The notes under the pieces: generated by a model
What the model was told of the DNA's origin: nothing
The model's input: only the letters and a program-made list of their open reading frames with translations
Database searches by the model: none
NCBI GenBank assembly: GCA_963801605.1
Contig: CAWDFP010000006.1
Location: forward strand, 576,001 to 640,000
Source of the DNA: an uncultured candidate division Zixibacteria bacterium
Lineage (GTDB): Bacteria > Zixibacteria > MSB-5A5 > UBA10806
Length of the DNA stretch: 64,000 nt
Direction: 5' to 3'
Position numbers and translations under genes: made by a program
Shown here: in pieces, positions 1-10,331 of the stretch
Layout: every line of letters begins with the position of its first letter
Numbering within the stretch: position 1 is the stretch's first letter

Positions 1-454
1 CAATGTGGAATTTGTTGGCTGGATATCAAACGACAAACTGTTGGAGCTTTATCGTAATTGCGAGGCGTTGATTTTCCCCGGAGTGGAGGATTTCGGCATC
101 GTGCCAATTGAAGCCCAAGCCTGCGGTAAACCGGTGATTGCGCTTTCGGAGGGCGGCGCGCTGGAGACCGTGATCGGTCCGATAATAGGAGTAGATAGGC
201 CCAAAGCATCCTACAATACGGGCTTATTCTTCCGACGGCCGGGGCCGGCATATATTGCTGAAGCCGTCAAACATTTTAAGAGCATGGAATTTAACAGCAC
301 TGCGATCAGAGAAAACGCTCTGCGCTTTACCCGTCAAGCGTTTTTAGAAAACCTCTCCGATTATATAAACGAAAGCTATTCGAGGTTTAAATCCGGGGGA
401 CGAAACGGGCTTGAGGAACAAATGCTTTCCCGAAGCCAATTGATTAAAAAGTAA
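1..454 (+). CDS. Glycosyltransferase family 4, C-terminal part (5' truncated by window edge)
   Basis: GT4 motif FPGVEDFGIVPIEAQACGKPVIA; lies upstream of a sugar transferase. Confidence 0.9.
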   Translation, partial: NVEFVGWISNDKLLELYRNCEALIFPGVEDFGIVPIEAQACGKPVIALSEGGALETVIGPIIGVDRPKASYNTGLFFRRPGPAYIAEAVKHFKSMEFNSTAIRENALRFTRQAFLENLSDYINESYSRFKSGGRNGLEEQMLSRSQLIKK

Positions 455-474
455 CGTCAGGATATTAGTAGTAG

Positions 475-1944
475 ATGAATCCTGAAAATACCGATCTGAA
501 AGATACCTCAAGCGCGCCCTGTCCTCAGGCGCTGCCCGAAGCCTCTAAGCGTATTGGCCGGTCACTTCGCTATATTCTTCCCATTCTTTATTTGTCAGCA
601 GATTTAGCCGCGATATATCTGAGTTTTGCATTTGCTTACGCAATCAGATTTTACTCCAGCTTAATAAAAATTTTCCCAATTTATTACGGAATACCAACGC
701 TGACATTTTATTTTCATGCATTGCTTTTTGTCAGCCCGATCTGGATCTTCATGTTTGCTATTTTTGGGAATTATGCAAAACGCTCGCCATCGATGTTTGA
801 CCGTTTCTATGAGGTCATACGCGGAGTTCTCTCCGGGGCGCTTCTTATTTTAGCCACTACGTTTTTTTATAGAGCGGGAAGCTTTTCGCGAATAATATTG
901 GGGATTGCCTGCATAATCTCAGTTTTTCTGATTTGGCTTTTCAGGGAAATGATCTACAGCGTTGAAAAGCATTATATGAAAAAGGGTCTGATCTCCAAAC
1001 GCGCCGTCTTCGTGGGAGATGTCGAACGCGGTATCACTCTTTATAAAAAGCTTTGCACGCAGCCGGCCTGGGGGATTTCACCGATAGGCGTCGTTTGCGA
1101 TCGCGATATCGGGCTTCCGCGTCTGGGGACGATGCCTGAACTTGATAAGGTAATCGACTCTTATTCCATCGACCTGGTAGTTTTCAATCTGCCGCACGAT
1201 TCCCAGGATTTTATCACCGATTTCGTGATGAAAAGCGAAATTCTCAATTTGGAATATATGATCGCTCCGGATATGGTTGGGTTGATGACCTTTAACGCGG
1301 ATGCCGGACAGATCGAGGGCATTCCGGTCCTGCGCTGGGGAAGAACACCAATCGAGGAGGGTTACGCCCGCGCTGCCAAGAGAACATTCGATACCGTTTT
1401 CTCGGGCATTGGGCTTTTGGCAATTTCCCCAATTTTATTGGGGATCGCCGCTGCGGTCAAACTTGATTCACCAGGGCCGGTTCTTTTTAAGCAACGGCGT
1501 ATCGGACAAAACGGACGGGAGTTTACGGTTTATAAGTTTCGTTCGATGAGAATCGATAAGGGAAACGCCAACGGCACCGGCTGGACGGTCAAGGATGATC
1601 CGCGTCGTACTAAAGTGGGCGTATTTATAAGAAAGTACAATCTTGATGAACTTCCGCAGCTATTCAATGTATTTAAAGGGGAGATGTCGCTGGTGGGACC
1701 GCGTCCCGAGCAACCCGGCTATGTTGAGAAGTTCAAGGATGATATTCCGCGCTATTTCCAAAGGCATCGGGTTAAATCGGGCCTGACCGGCTGGGCGCAG
1801 GTTAACGGCCTGCGAGGGGACACCTCGATTACCGAACGTACCAAATTCGACCTTTATTATGTCGAAAACTGGTCGCTCATTTTTGATGTCAAGATTATCG
1901 TCCAGACTTTAAGGAATATGTTCAAAAGCCCGAACGCGTATTGA
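475..1944 (+). CDS. Undecaprenyl-phosphate glycosylphosphotransferase (WcaJ-like priming sugar transferase)
   Basis: N-terminal TM helices plus bacterial sugar transferase motifs KFRSM, DELPQLFNV, MSLVGPRPE, GLTGWAQVNG. Confidence 0.93.
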   Translation: MNPENTDLKDTSSAPCPQALPEASKRIGRSLRYILPILYLSADLAAIYLSFAFAYAIRFYSSLIKIFPIYYGIPTLTFYFHALLFVSPIWIFMFAIFGNYAKRSPSMFDRFYEVIRGVLSGALLILATTFFYRAGSFSRIILGIACIISVFLIWLFREMIYSVEKHYMKKGLISKRAVFVGDVERGITLYKKLCTQPAWGISPIGVVCDRDIGLPRLGTMPELDKVIDSYSIDLVVFNLPHDSQDFITDFVMKSEILNLEYMIAPDMVGLMTFNADAGQIEGIPVLRWGRTPIEEGYARAAKRTFDTVFSGIGLLAISPILLGIAAAVKLDSPGPVLFKQRRIGQNGREFTVYKFRSMRIDKGNANGTGWTVKDDPRRTKVGVFIRKYNLDELPQLFNVFKGEMSLVGPRPEQPGYVEKFKDDIPRYFQRHRVKSGLTGWAQVNGLRGDTSITERTKFDLYYVENWSLIFDVKIIVQTLRNMFKSPNAY

Positions 1945-2015
1945 GAATAAAAAATAATTCGTTAGATTGTAACGCCAGTAATTTTTTACCGGCGTTTTTT
2001 ATTTGGCATTGCAAC

Positions 2016-2044
2016 AAAAAAACGGGGGTTTCTGGAGACCCCGG
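2016..2044 (-). terminator. Probable intrinsic terminator of the Fe-S oxidoreductase gene
   Basis: GGGGTTTC/GAGACCCC stem followed on the minus strand by a T run. Confidence 0.5.
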
Positions 2045-2099
2045 CTACAAACCTACAAATTCCATCGATCAAGCGTCTATAAGGCTTAACGGATATGTC

Positions 2100-4122
2100 T
2101 TATGCTACCCGCTCGTCCAGTAGCTCTGTCAATTCCTTTACATTAACAGTATCAATTTTGTCCAGCGCTTTAACGCCATCGGTGAGCATGGTCATGCAGA
2201 ATGGGCAGGCCAGGCCAATGGTCTTGGCGCCGGTGGCCAGCGCTTGTTCGGTGCGTTCGACATTGATATGCTTGCCTCGCGATTCTTCGAGGAACATCCG
2301 TCCTCCGCCTGCGCCGCAGCAGAACGACCAGTCTTTCGATTTTTTCATCTCGATACGCTTGGCTCCGGGCATCGAATCGATAATCTGGCGCGCCGGTTCG
2401 GTAATGCAATTGTGACGGGCCAGGTAGCAGGAGTCGTGGAACGTGATCTCGCCGAGTGGATTGCCGCCGACCTTGAGTTTGCCATCGGAAATAAAACGGG
2501 CCAGAAGCTCGTGGGTATGGTAAACCTCGTAATTGCCCCCAAAATCAGGATATTCATTTTTTAACGTGTTGTAACAATGCGGGCAGTTAGTGAAAATCTT
2601 TTTGACCTGGACCTCATTTAACAGCTCTACCACCGATTGCGCCTGCGTTTGATAAAGATATTCCTCACCCAAACGTCGAGCGGGATCACCTGTGCAGACC
2701 TCATCTTCTCCAAGTATGGCGTACGAAACACCAGCCTTATTCATAAGCCGCACCGTAGCTTGAGAAACCTTGATATTCCTGGCATCAAGCGCCCCGGCAC
2801 AACCCACCCAGAATAGATATTCCGCATCGGGCTTTTCCGAGATATGTTTGACGTCGAGTCCCTGGTACCACTCCGAGCGCTTTTTCTGGCCCAGCCCCCA
2901 GGGATCGCCTGATCTTTCGATGTTTTTAAGGGCCAGGGAACCCTCGCTTGATATTCGCCCCTCATTTAAGACCAGCGATCTTCTGAGTTCCATTAGCATC
3001 GGGACATGCTCAATCAGCAGCGGGCAGGCTCTCATGCAAGCGTAACAGGTTGTGCAATCCCAAATGACATCCTCCGTAATAACATCCTCAATGAAGCGTT
3101 CCGAAAACTCATCGGACTTTTTCTTGAATAGGTATGGCGCCTTCTTTTCGGTATGTTCACGAAGCTCCATAATAATTTTTCGAGGCGAAAGAGGCTTTCC
3201 GGTATTTGTTGCGGGACACTGTTCATGGCAACGCCCGCATTCAGTGCAGGAAAAACCATCAAGAAGCTGTTTCCAGGAGTATTGTTCTGCCCTGGTGACA
3301 CCAAACTCCTCAGCATCCTCAAGTTTGGGAGTAAAAAGTTTACCATTAGGAGTAGTATGCGAAAAAAAGACATTCGGCAACGATGTGAATACGTGCAGAT
3401 GCTTTGAAACCGGCACATAACAAAGAATTCCCAGAAAAAAGAGTAGATGCATCCACCAAAAAATATGCGAATATGCAATATATGTTGCCGAGGCGAGATT
3501 CATTCCGGTAAAGCTTTGCGCCATGATTGAACCTATAAATGATGCGCTCTGATATTTTCCTTGTGCTGCCATGTTGAAACTCTCGGCGAGGAGGCTGAAA
3601 ACCATTAAACCGGCAATGAGAATCAGAATAATTGCCGCCTCCCTGCCGCGGGGCATGCGTTCGCTTCCCGGAAGAAATCGTTTGATAACCGCGATTGCGA
3701 TCCCTATAAGAACCAAAACGCTAAAAAGATCGAGCAAGAATAGAAAAGGCCCGTGCAAGACAGTTCCCAAAATCGGCAAGGCGAAATCCGGCCGAAAAGC
3801 CGTTACCAAAAAAGGATAGTGTCCCAAACGAAATTATTATAAAGCCCCAGAAAATCATAAAATGGGCGCTGCCCATTGTAATCTGATCTAAAAGCCGTCT
3901 TTGTCCGAATACGAATTTGAGGAGTTTCTTAATCCGCGCCCCGGGTCGGTCAATTCGATTCTCGGGTTTAAATGAGAGAAGTAATCGAAGATAAAAGTAA
4001 ACCTCATAAGCAAAGATTGCCAATCCAATAGCCAAAACAAAAACAAAGGCTATCTGCTCCAAGCCCCGTATCGCCATATCAACCGGTTCTGTCACACCAA
4101 GGCCTTTCTCCGAAATCATCAC
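2100..4122 (-). CDS. Membrane-bound Fe-S oxidoreductase, FadF/HdrD-like (TM domain, 2x[4Fe-4S], two CCG domains); one frameshift near 3790-3830
   Basis: ORFs 3721-4122 and 2100-3827 join. Motifs HFMIFWGF, CTECGRCHEQCP, CTTCYACMRACP, HDSCY, CCGAGGG, ACPFC. Confidence 0.88.
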
Positions 4123-4309
4123 TACAGGCGAAAATCGCCCCGAGGAAATTAATCGAGCTTATCAAATACCTCAATAATCACACAGATATATAATCCCGCT
4201 AATAATGGTTGTCAATCAATCTTGGGGAAGAAAACAGAAGAAGTCGCGGATTTAACGGAGGCCGGTTAGTTATTGCCTAATGGAAAAACAATCCAATCCT
4301 AAATTGTTT

Positions 4310-5083
4310 TTAGCGCGGAGTTTTCATCATCTCTACGAAAGCATCAAAATTCCTCACCAGCAATCGCCCTGAAACAGTAGAGATTAATCCCTTTTTTTGG
4401 AATTTGCTTATCGTACGTATGGTGGTTTCTACCGTTGACCCGACGATATCGGCAATATCGCGCCTTGTTAAGCGGATATTTATCAAGATTCCATCCTTAG
4501 TGTGAGTGCCGTGGTTTTCACAAAGCCTGACAATGACTGACGCAATTCTGCTGTCCACCTTTGACGAAACCAGCGAAATAATGACATCATGAGCATCCAT
4601 GAGCTTAGCCCCAAGGAATTTAATTATGCCTCGGGCAATTTCAGGATATTTAGTAAGCAATTGGTCATAGCTTTCATGAGAGAGTCCGTACGCCACTGTA
4701 GACTCTACAGCCTGAGCACTATTCTGATGAGTATCGGCAAACAGCGCGTTGCCGCCACAAAGCTGGCCAGGCACCATGACCTCTAAAACCATTTCCTTTC
4801 CGGAAGCGGATGTTTTCAAGATGCGGACCCGTCCGGCCTTAATCACATACACTCTATTTGCAGAATCGCCCTCCCAAAACAAATACTGGTTTTTTTCGAA
4901 TCGATACTCTTGAAAATAAGGCTCGATATTCGCAATTTCCGCCGGACCAAATCGTTCGAAAAAGGGAACCCTGGCAATAGCCTCGGTTTTTGATGCCAAT
5001 GGCCGAACCTTGCCGCGAGGGATACTCGCCGGATGACCCATGCCGCCAATTTTAGAAATTCCCGCCGGATGCCCGCCGCTCAT
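4310..5083 (-). CDS. Crp/Fnr family transcriptional regulator; may extend upstream to an ACG at 5170
   Basis: cNMP-binding fold (LFWEGD..VYVIKAGRVRI) and HTH LTRRDIADIVGSTVETTIRTISKF. Confidence 0.92.
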   Translation of the reverse strand: MSGGHPAGISKIGGMGHPASIPRGKVRPLASKTEAIARVPFFERFGPAEIANIEPYFQEYRFEKNQYLFWEGDSANRVYVIKAGRVRILKTSASGKEMVLEVMVPGQLCGGNALFADTHQNSAQAVESTVAYGLSHESYDQLLTKYPEIARGIIKFLGAKLMDAHDVIISLVSSKVDSRIASVIVRLCENHGTHTKDGILINIRLTRRDIADIVGSTVETTIRTISKFQKKGLISTVSGRLLVRNFDAFVEMMKTPR

Positions 5084-5278
5084 GGGATTGCCACTAGGAT
5101 GCCCAGTTACCTTTTTTTCATTTTCGGGATTGCCCGCCCTGTTTTTCGAATCGGATGGTTTTTCTTTCGTAATGTCCTCCTCGTTGACTCAAACATCATA
5201 CCATTCCGACTATTATTGTCAAGATTAAAGATTTATACGCTTCGACCTGATGAATAGAGCGTTATCCGATACCGGTGT

Positions 5279-5443
5279 CGCCCGGGTTCCGCTCGTCCAA
5301 TTGGACGCGGAAATCCAGCGAGCAATAACCGTATTCCAGGATAGTGTTCCGATTGGGCAAAGGCCCCATACCAATAAAGTGCCACTGTTCGGATTTCCTG
5401 CTTTTGTCCCGATTTTATCGGGACAAAAGGCGGAACCCGGGCG
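5279..5443. repeat. Structured REP-doublet-like element, copy 1
   Basis: 14-bp terminal inverted repeat CGCCCGGGTTCCGC/GCGGAACCCGGGCG, inner GGAAATCC/GGATTTCC stem, two side hairpins; related to 44078-44259. Confidence 0.8.
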
Positions 5444-5764
5444 GATTTGCCAGGATAAGGTATGGAAATTGAGTTGTCAACTTTGGTGATTGCATTATTC
5501 TCGGACGCAATCGACTGCAAGCCCAAAAAATCTATTTCAATCTAAATGCAATTATTATATTATAACCCCATGATGTTAGGAACCGAGGCCCGCCACGCCG
5601 GGCATTCGCGAAGGATAATAATTGCCTCAAAACTTTTTACATTTTCCTCCTTTGAGCATTCAGAACAAAATCATAAATACGCGCAGCTACACAATGTTGA
5701 TAAATTTAGAATTTTATAGAAAATAATAGATGGTGATAGGGAGACTTTAATTTAAGGAGCGTTT

Positions 5765-6980
5765 ATGACGAAAAAACTCTTTGTTTTGTTGCTGTTCGTC
5801 CTATTCGGGCTGGCGGCGGCCCAGGAGGCGGTACAAGACACTACGGGTCCACCGGCCCCGGCGCCTCCGACCAATGTCCGGGTAGTTGACAAGCCCAATG
5901 ACGGCGGCCATGGCCTGATCGTTAAATGGGATCTATCAAAAGATGATGTAAATGGGCTTCAAAATGTGGTCTCGTATGATGTGCTACGGTCAAGTTCGCC
6001 GGCTGGCGAGTTTGTAAGCCGGGGAACTATACCCAAGGGACTGGCTCAGTTTGAGGATATGGATGCGACTGAACCTTCAGCAGATAACCCCAACCCCAAT
6101 TTCATGCGAATTAATAGTACCTGGTACTACAAAGTAGTCGCCATTTCCGACCAGCACGTTAATTCTGCTCGCCACCGAGGTTGTGTCTGGAACAACCAAG
6201 GCCAATTTGATTCATATGCAGAAAATTCCGATCCTGATTGCCTCATTTCTTCTAACCGGTCTTCTCTGGGTTTTCATCGCTTCGGCGCGCAAAGGAAAGA
6301 AGCTTTATGTAAGGCCCCTGGCCGGTATCAACGCCGTCGATGATGCCATTGGACGCGCCACCGAAATGGGCAAACCAATCCTCTATATCCTGGGCTTGGG
6401 CACAGCGGGCGATATCGCCACTATCGCAGGTTTTACGATCCTCTCGCGCGTTGCCAGAAGGACCGCCGAATACCAGACCAAAGTCATCGTGCCGGTACAG
6501 GACCCAGTGGTGCTGGCTATCGCACAGGAAACGGTGCGCACCGCCTACCTGGAGGCGGGACGTCCCGACCAGTACAATCCCGATAATATTTTCTTTTTAA
6601 CCTCAATGCAGTTCCCTTACGTGGCCGCAGTCAACGGCATCATGCTCCGCGAGCGGCCGGCGACAAACTTCTACATGGGAACTTTCTACGCCGAATCGCT
6701 GATTCTGGCCGAAACCGGCAATATCGCCGGCTCAATCCAGATCGCCGGCACCGATCAGATTGCCCAGCTACCGTTTTTCGTGGCCGCTACCGATTATACT
6801 CTGATCGGTGAAGAGCTTTACGCGGCCTCGGCGTATCTATCGCAGGAGCCGGTCCAGCTGGGCTCTCTCAAAGCGCAGGACTACACCAAGGCAATTCTTA
6901 TGGTCGTAATCATCCTGGGGGCTATTGCGATCACATTAGGCTGGCCGTTTATTAGAAATCTCGTAACGATTAACCTGTAA
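5765..6980 (+). CDS. Signal peptide + fibronectin type III domain + DUF6754-like membrane domain; frameshift near 6165-6185
   Basis: PAPPTNVRVVD..LIVKW..YYKVVA FN3 pattern in ORF 5765-6343 continues into ORF 6183-6980 (RPLAGINAVDDAIGRATEMGKP, DYTLIGEELYAASAYLS). Confidence 0.75.
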
Positions 6981-6993
6981 CCCGGAGAAAACA

Positions 6994-7616
6994 ATGAAAA
7001 GAGAAATTCCAATTTTGATCGTCGGGATTACAGGCGTAATTATGTTTTTCCAGTATTTTGTCCCGACAGATTGGTCAATGCAACTATTGGGCACCTCCCA
7101 AGACTGGGTCATCGTGATTGGAATTTTGGCCCTACCCCTGGGAATCTGGAGCCTGATCAAGGCCAATGTCATGAAGCTCAAGGTTAAAGGAGAACGCTTT
7201 TACGCGGCTGTTCTCCTTGCTGGATTTTTGGTGATGCTGATATTTGGCCTTCCCCACCGTTCCAGCCTGGAACAGGGCAGTACCTTCATGACCTTGTTTA
7301 CACACCATTCTTATTCCTATTCAGGCAACGATCTTTTCCCTTTTGGCCTTTTTTGTGGCCACGGCCGCCTACCGGGCCTTTCAGGGCCAGATCGGTATTG
7401 GCCACAATTCTTTGCTTACGGCATTCCTGGTGATGTTCCGCTGGTTACCATTGGGCTTTATCAGCACCGTGGACAATGGCATCGTAGCCTGGATACTCTC
7501 GGTGCCCAATATGGCCGCCAATCGCGCCATCACTATGGGTATTGGCCTGGGTGGCGACAGCCACCGCTATTAAGATTATTTTGGGTATTGAACGAACCTA
7601 TATGGGTCATGATTGA
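6994..7616 (+). CDS. Conserved hypothetical polytopic membrane protein; several frameshifts
   Basis: RBS GGAGA then MKREIPILIVGITG; hydrophobic segments continue across frames to ...KIILGIERTYMGHD-stop at 7614-7616. Confidence 0.65.
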
Positions 7617-7628
7617 GAGGTGAATGCA

Positions 7629-8473
7629 ATGACGTTCTTAGAAAAATTGATGCAAGTCGATCGTCGTTGGATCTACCTCGCGATCGGAGTGGCGGTAATT
7701 ATCCCCGCCATCAAAGGTTTCAATGTCCCGGTTTCGGTCTTCTCCAGAGGTTAAAAAAGTCTACGACTTCGTCGAGGGTATTACAGGCAGGTGAATATCT
7801 TTTCGTGGCCATGGATTACGATCCCACCTCGCTGGCGGAGTTAAATCCCATGGCGGAGGCTATCTTAAAGCATGCTTTCTCACGCAACGAGAAAGTGGTT
7901 ATCGTTACTCTGGCGCAGTTTGGACCAGGTATGGTCGAGGAGATAACAGCCCGGCTGGCCAAGGAGTACAACAAGGTCCGAGGCGTTGATTACGTCTTCC
8001 TCGGCTACCGGCCTTATCCGGCAATCACTATTCTGGCCATGGGTGTCGATTTCCGGAGTTCCTTTCCCGGTAGACTACTATGGAACGCCGCTTGATTCTC
8101 TGCCGTTAATGAAAGGGATCAAGAACTTCTACAATGTCAAGGGCGTAATTGACTTAACCGCCGGTAATACCGCCGACATGTGGTTAGTCGATGGCAATGG
8201 ACGTTATGGCTTCCCGCTGGCGATCGGAATCACGGGAGTCATGGCCGCCGACTACTATCAGTATCTGCAAAGCGGCCAGCTTTTCGGCATCATCCCCGGA
8301 ATCAAGGGAGCTGCCGAATATGAAAGCCTGATTAAAAAGCCGGGCGACGGGAATGGACACAGGCCGCCTATCAGGTGGTGGCCCACACGGTGATCATTTT
8401 GTTTATCATTTTATCTAACGTAGCCTATTTTGCCACCCGCAAGGGCAGGGCAAGAAGCGGAGGTGCCAGATGA
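7629..8473 (+). CDS. Conserved hypothetical membrane-anchored protein; several frameshifts
   Basis: RBS GAGGTG, start MTFLEKLMQVDRRWIYL; fragments DYDPTSLAELNPMA, DYVFLGYRP, YLQSGQLFGIIPGIKGAAEYE; ends HTVIILFIILSNVAYF..AR, stop overlapping the next ATG. Confidence 0.65.
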
Positions 8474-9100
8474 CAGCATCCCAATTAATACTAAACGGCA
8501 TAGCGGTATTTCTGACCCTCTGCATTTTCTCATTCCTTTACAAGGATAACCCGTTCTACAAGTTTGCCGAACGGCTTGTAGCGGGAGTGGCCACCGGTTA
8601 CTGGACAGTGCTTCTGTTCCACACGAATTTCACCGATAAGGTGATTACTCCCATTTTCATTAATGGCCAGTTTATCTACATCATTCCGGCTCTTCTGGGA
8701 ATCGCGATGTGGACCAGGTTTTCGAAAAACTACTCCTGGATTTCGCGCTATTCGATCGCCTTCTATATCGGTATCTCTTCAGGGGTCAGGCATACCACTC
8801 ATCTTCTACGCAGCGTATTTTCAAGCAGCTCCAGGCCACGATCAGCACACCGCTTTCTTTCAGTTGGGCCGGCATTAAATGCCTTCCTTATCATTGTGGC
8901 AGTACTCTCGGCTCTGGTTTACTTCTTCTTTCTCCGCGGCTCATAAGGGCACGATGGGCACCATATCCAGAATCGGAATTTATGTTGTTATGATCGGCTT
9001 TGGAGCAGGATTCGGGTTGACAGTTATGGGCCGCGTAGCCCTTTTGGTTCAGAGAATTATCTTCCTCAAAGGGTATGCGATTGCACTCTTTGGCGGTTGA
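8470..9100 (+). CDS. Conserved hypothetical polytopic membrane protein; frameshifts
   Basis: TLCIFSFLYKDNPFYKFAE at the N-terminus; MIGFGAGFGLTVMGRVALL at the C-terminus in ORF 8879-9100. Confidence 0.7.
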
Positions 9101-9124
9101 CAACTAATATCTGGTAATAACTTT

Positions 9125-9159
9125 GGGCATCCTCGGCTTAAACCGGGGATGCCCTTTTT
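9125..9159 (+). terminator. Intrinsic terminator closing the membrane operon
   Basis: GGGCATCCTCGG/CCGGGGATGCCC stem followed by TTTTT. Confidence 0.8.
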
Positions 9160-9274
9160 CATTCCAGCGTGATTTCTAATTAAAAGCCAAAAATTTTCCT
9201 TGTTAATAGTGGCCCATGAAGCATATTTAGAGTGACCTGAAGAAGTTGAGGGACTTTGAGGCCAGGAGAAGCAA

Positions 9275-9835
9275 ATGGAAAATATCAGAACCTTTATTGC
9301 TGTTGAAATCCCCCAGGAGATCAAAATGGAACTCGACAGGGTGATTTCCGAGCTTCGGCCGCTCGCTCCGGAAATCCGCTGGGTGAGAGCCGCCAACCTT
9401 CATTTAACGCTCCGATTCTTAGGCGATATTCCCAAAAATTCAATCAGCATTCTGGCGACTGAACTGGCCAAAAATATTGCGGGATTCGGCCATTTCCAGA
9501 TATCTCTTTCCGGCCTCGGGGGATTTCCTAATCTCAAGAGGGCTCGCGTTATATGGATCGGCGGCGGAAACGGCTGCGATCGTTTCAAGGAGCTCGCACC
9601 ATTGGTGGAGAAATCCAGCATCGATCTGGGGTTCGGTAAAGCCGACAAACCTTTTTCCTGCCACTTGACTATTGGGCGAGTCAAATTCCCCAAGGGTCAT
9701 GAGAAGCTCGTCTCGCAAATTGAAACGATGAATTTCTCAACGCCTCTTTTTGAGGTAAGCGAAGTTGCCATATTTAAATCGGAACTTCTGCCGGCAGGAC
9801 CCAGGTATACTCGTCTGGAAACGGTGCATCTATAA
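9275..9835 (+). CDS. thpR: RNA 2',3'-cyclic phosphodiesterase (2H phosphoesterase)
   Basis: RTFIAV start, HLTL and HLTI motifs, upstream of recA. Confidence 0.92.
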   Translation: MENIRTFIAVEIPQEIKMELDRVISELRPLAPEIRWVRAANLHLTLRFLGDIPKNSISILATELAKNIAGFGHFQISLSGLGGFPNLKRARVIWIGGGNGCDRFKELAPLVEKSSIDLGFGKADKPFSCHLTIGRVKFPKGHEKLVSQIETMNFSTPLFEVSEVAIFKSELLPAGPRYTRLETVHL

Positions 9836-9880
9836 ACGCATCGTAAATTAGCGCAGCTATTTTTATATTTCTGATGATTT

Positions 9881-10156
9881 ATGCTTGAAAAGTTAAAATC
9901 GTTTGGCGTTAATATCAAGCGCGAGATAGATTATTATCGTCATTTACTAAAAGACAGGAGAACGCCAAAGGCGGCCCGGCTACTTCTCTGGTTAGCCCTT
10001 GGGTATCTACTAATGCCCATTGATTTAATCCCGGATTTTATCCCTGTTTTAGGCCATGTCGATGATCTCATCATTATCCCAATACTGATGATTTTGGCCC
10101 TGAAAATGATACCTGAAGAGGTAAAGACAGATTGCCGTGAAGCCGTAACACATTGA
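9881..10156 (+). CDS. YkvA/DUF1232 family small membrane protein
   Basis: YLLMPIDLIPDFIPVLGHVDD motif. Confidence 0.9.
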   Translation: MLEKLKSFGVNIKREIDYYRHLLKDRRTPKAARLLLWLALGYLLMPIDLIPDFIPVLGHVDDLIIIPILMILALKMIPEEVKTDCREAVTH

Positions 10157-10259
10157 GAGGTAAGGCAATAGGCCTAATTGTGGCTGGCATCCAACAGTAA
10201 TTTAGGTTGTCCGCGGTTATTATTTATCGAGGGAATGTCAACCAACAATTAAAAACCCC

Positions 10260-10288
10260 TTGCACATTTGAACAGTATATAGTAGAAT
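10260..10288 (+). promoter_or_regulatory. Sigma70-type promoter of recA
   Basis: TTGCAC-17 nt-TAGAAT upstream of RBS GAGGA. Confidence 0.6.
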
Positions 10289-10331
10289 TAATTAGAATAA
10301 TTTAATTTTAATTTGATAAAAGAGGATAAAA

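Noticed and set aside
5233..5526. ORFs 5233-5526 (-) and 5250-5489 (+)
   Set aside because: They overlap the palindromic repeat element and have no RBS or recognisable motif.
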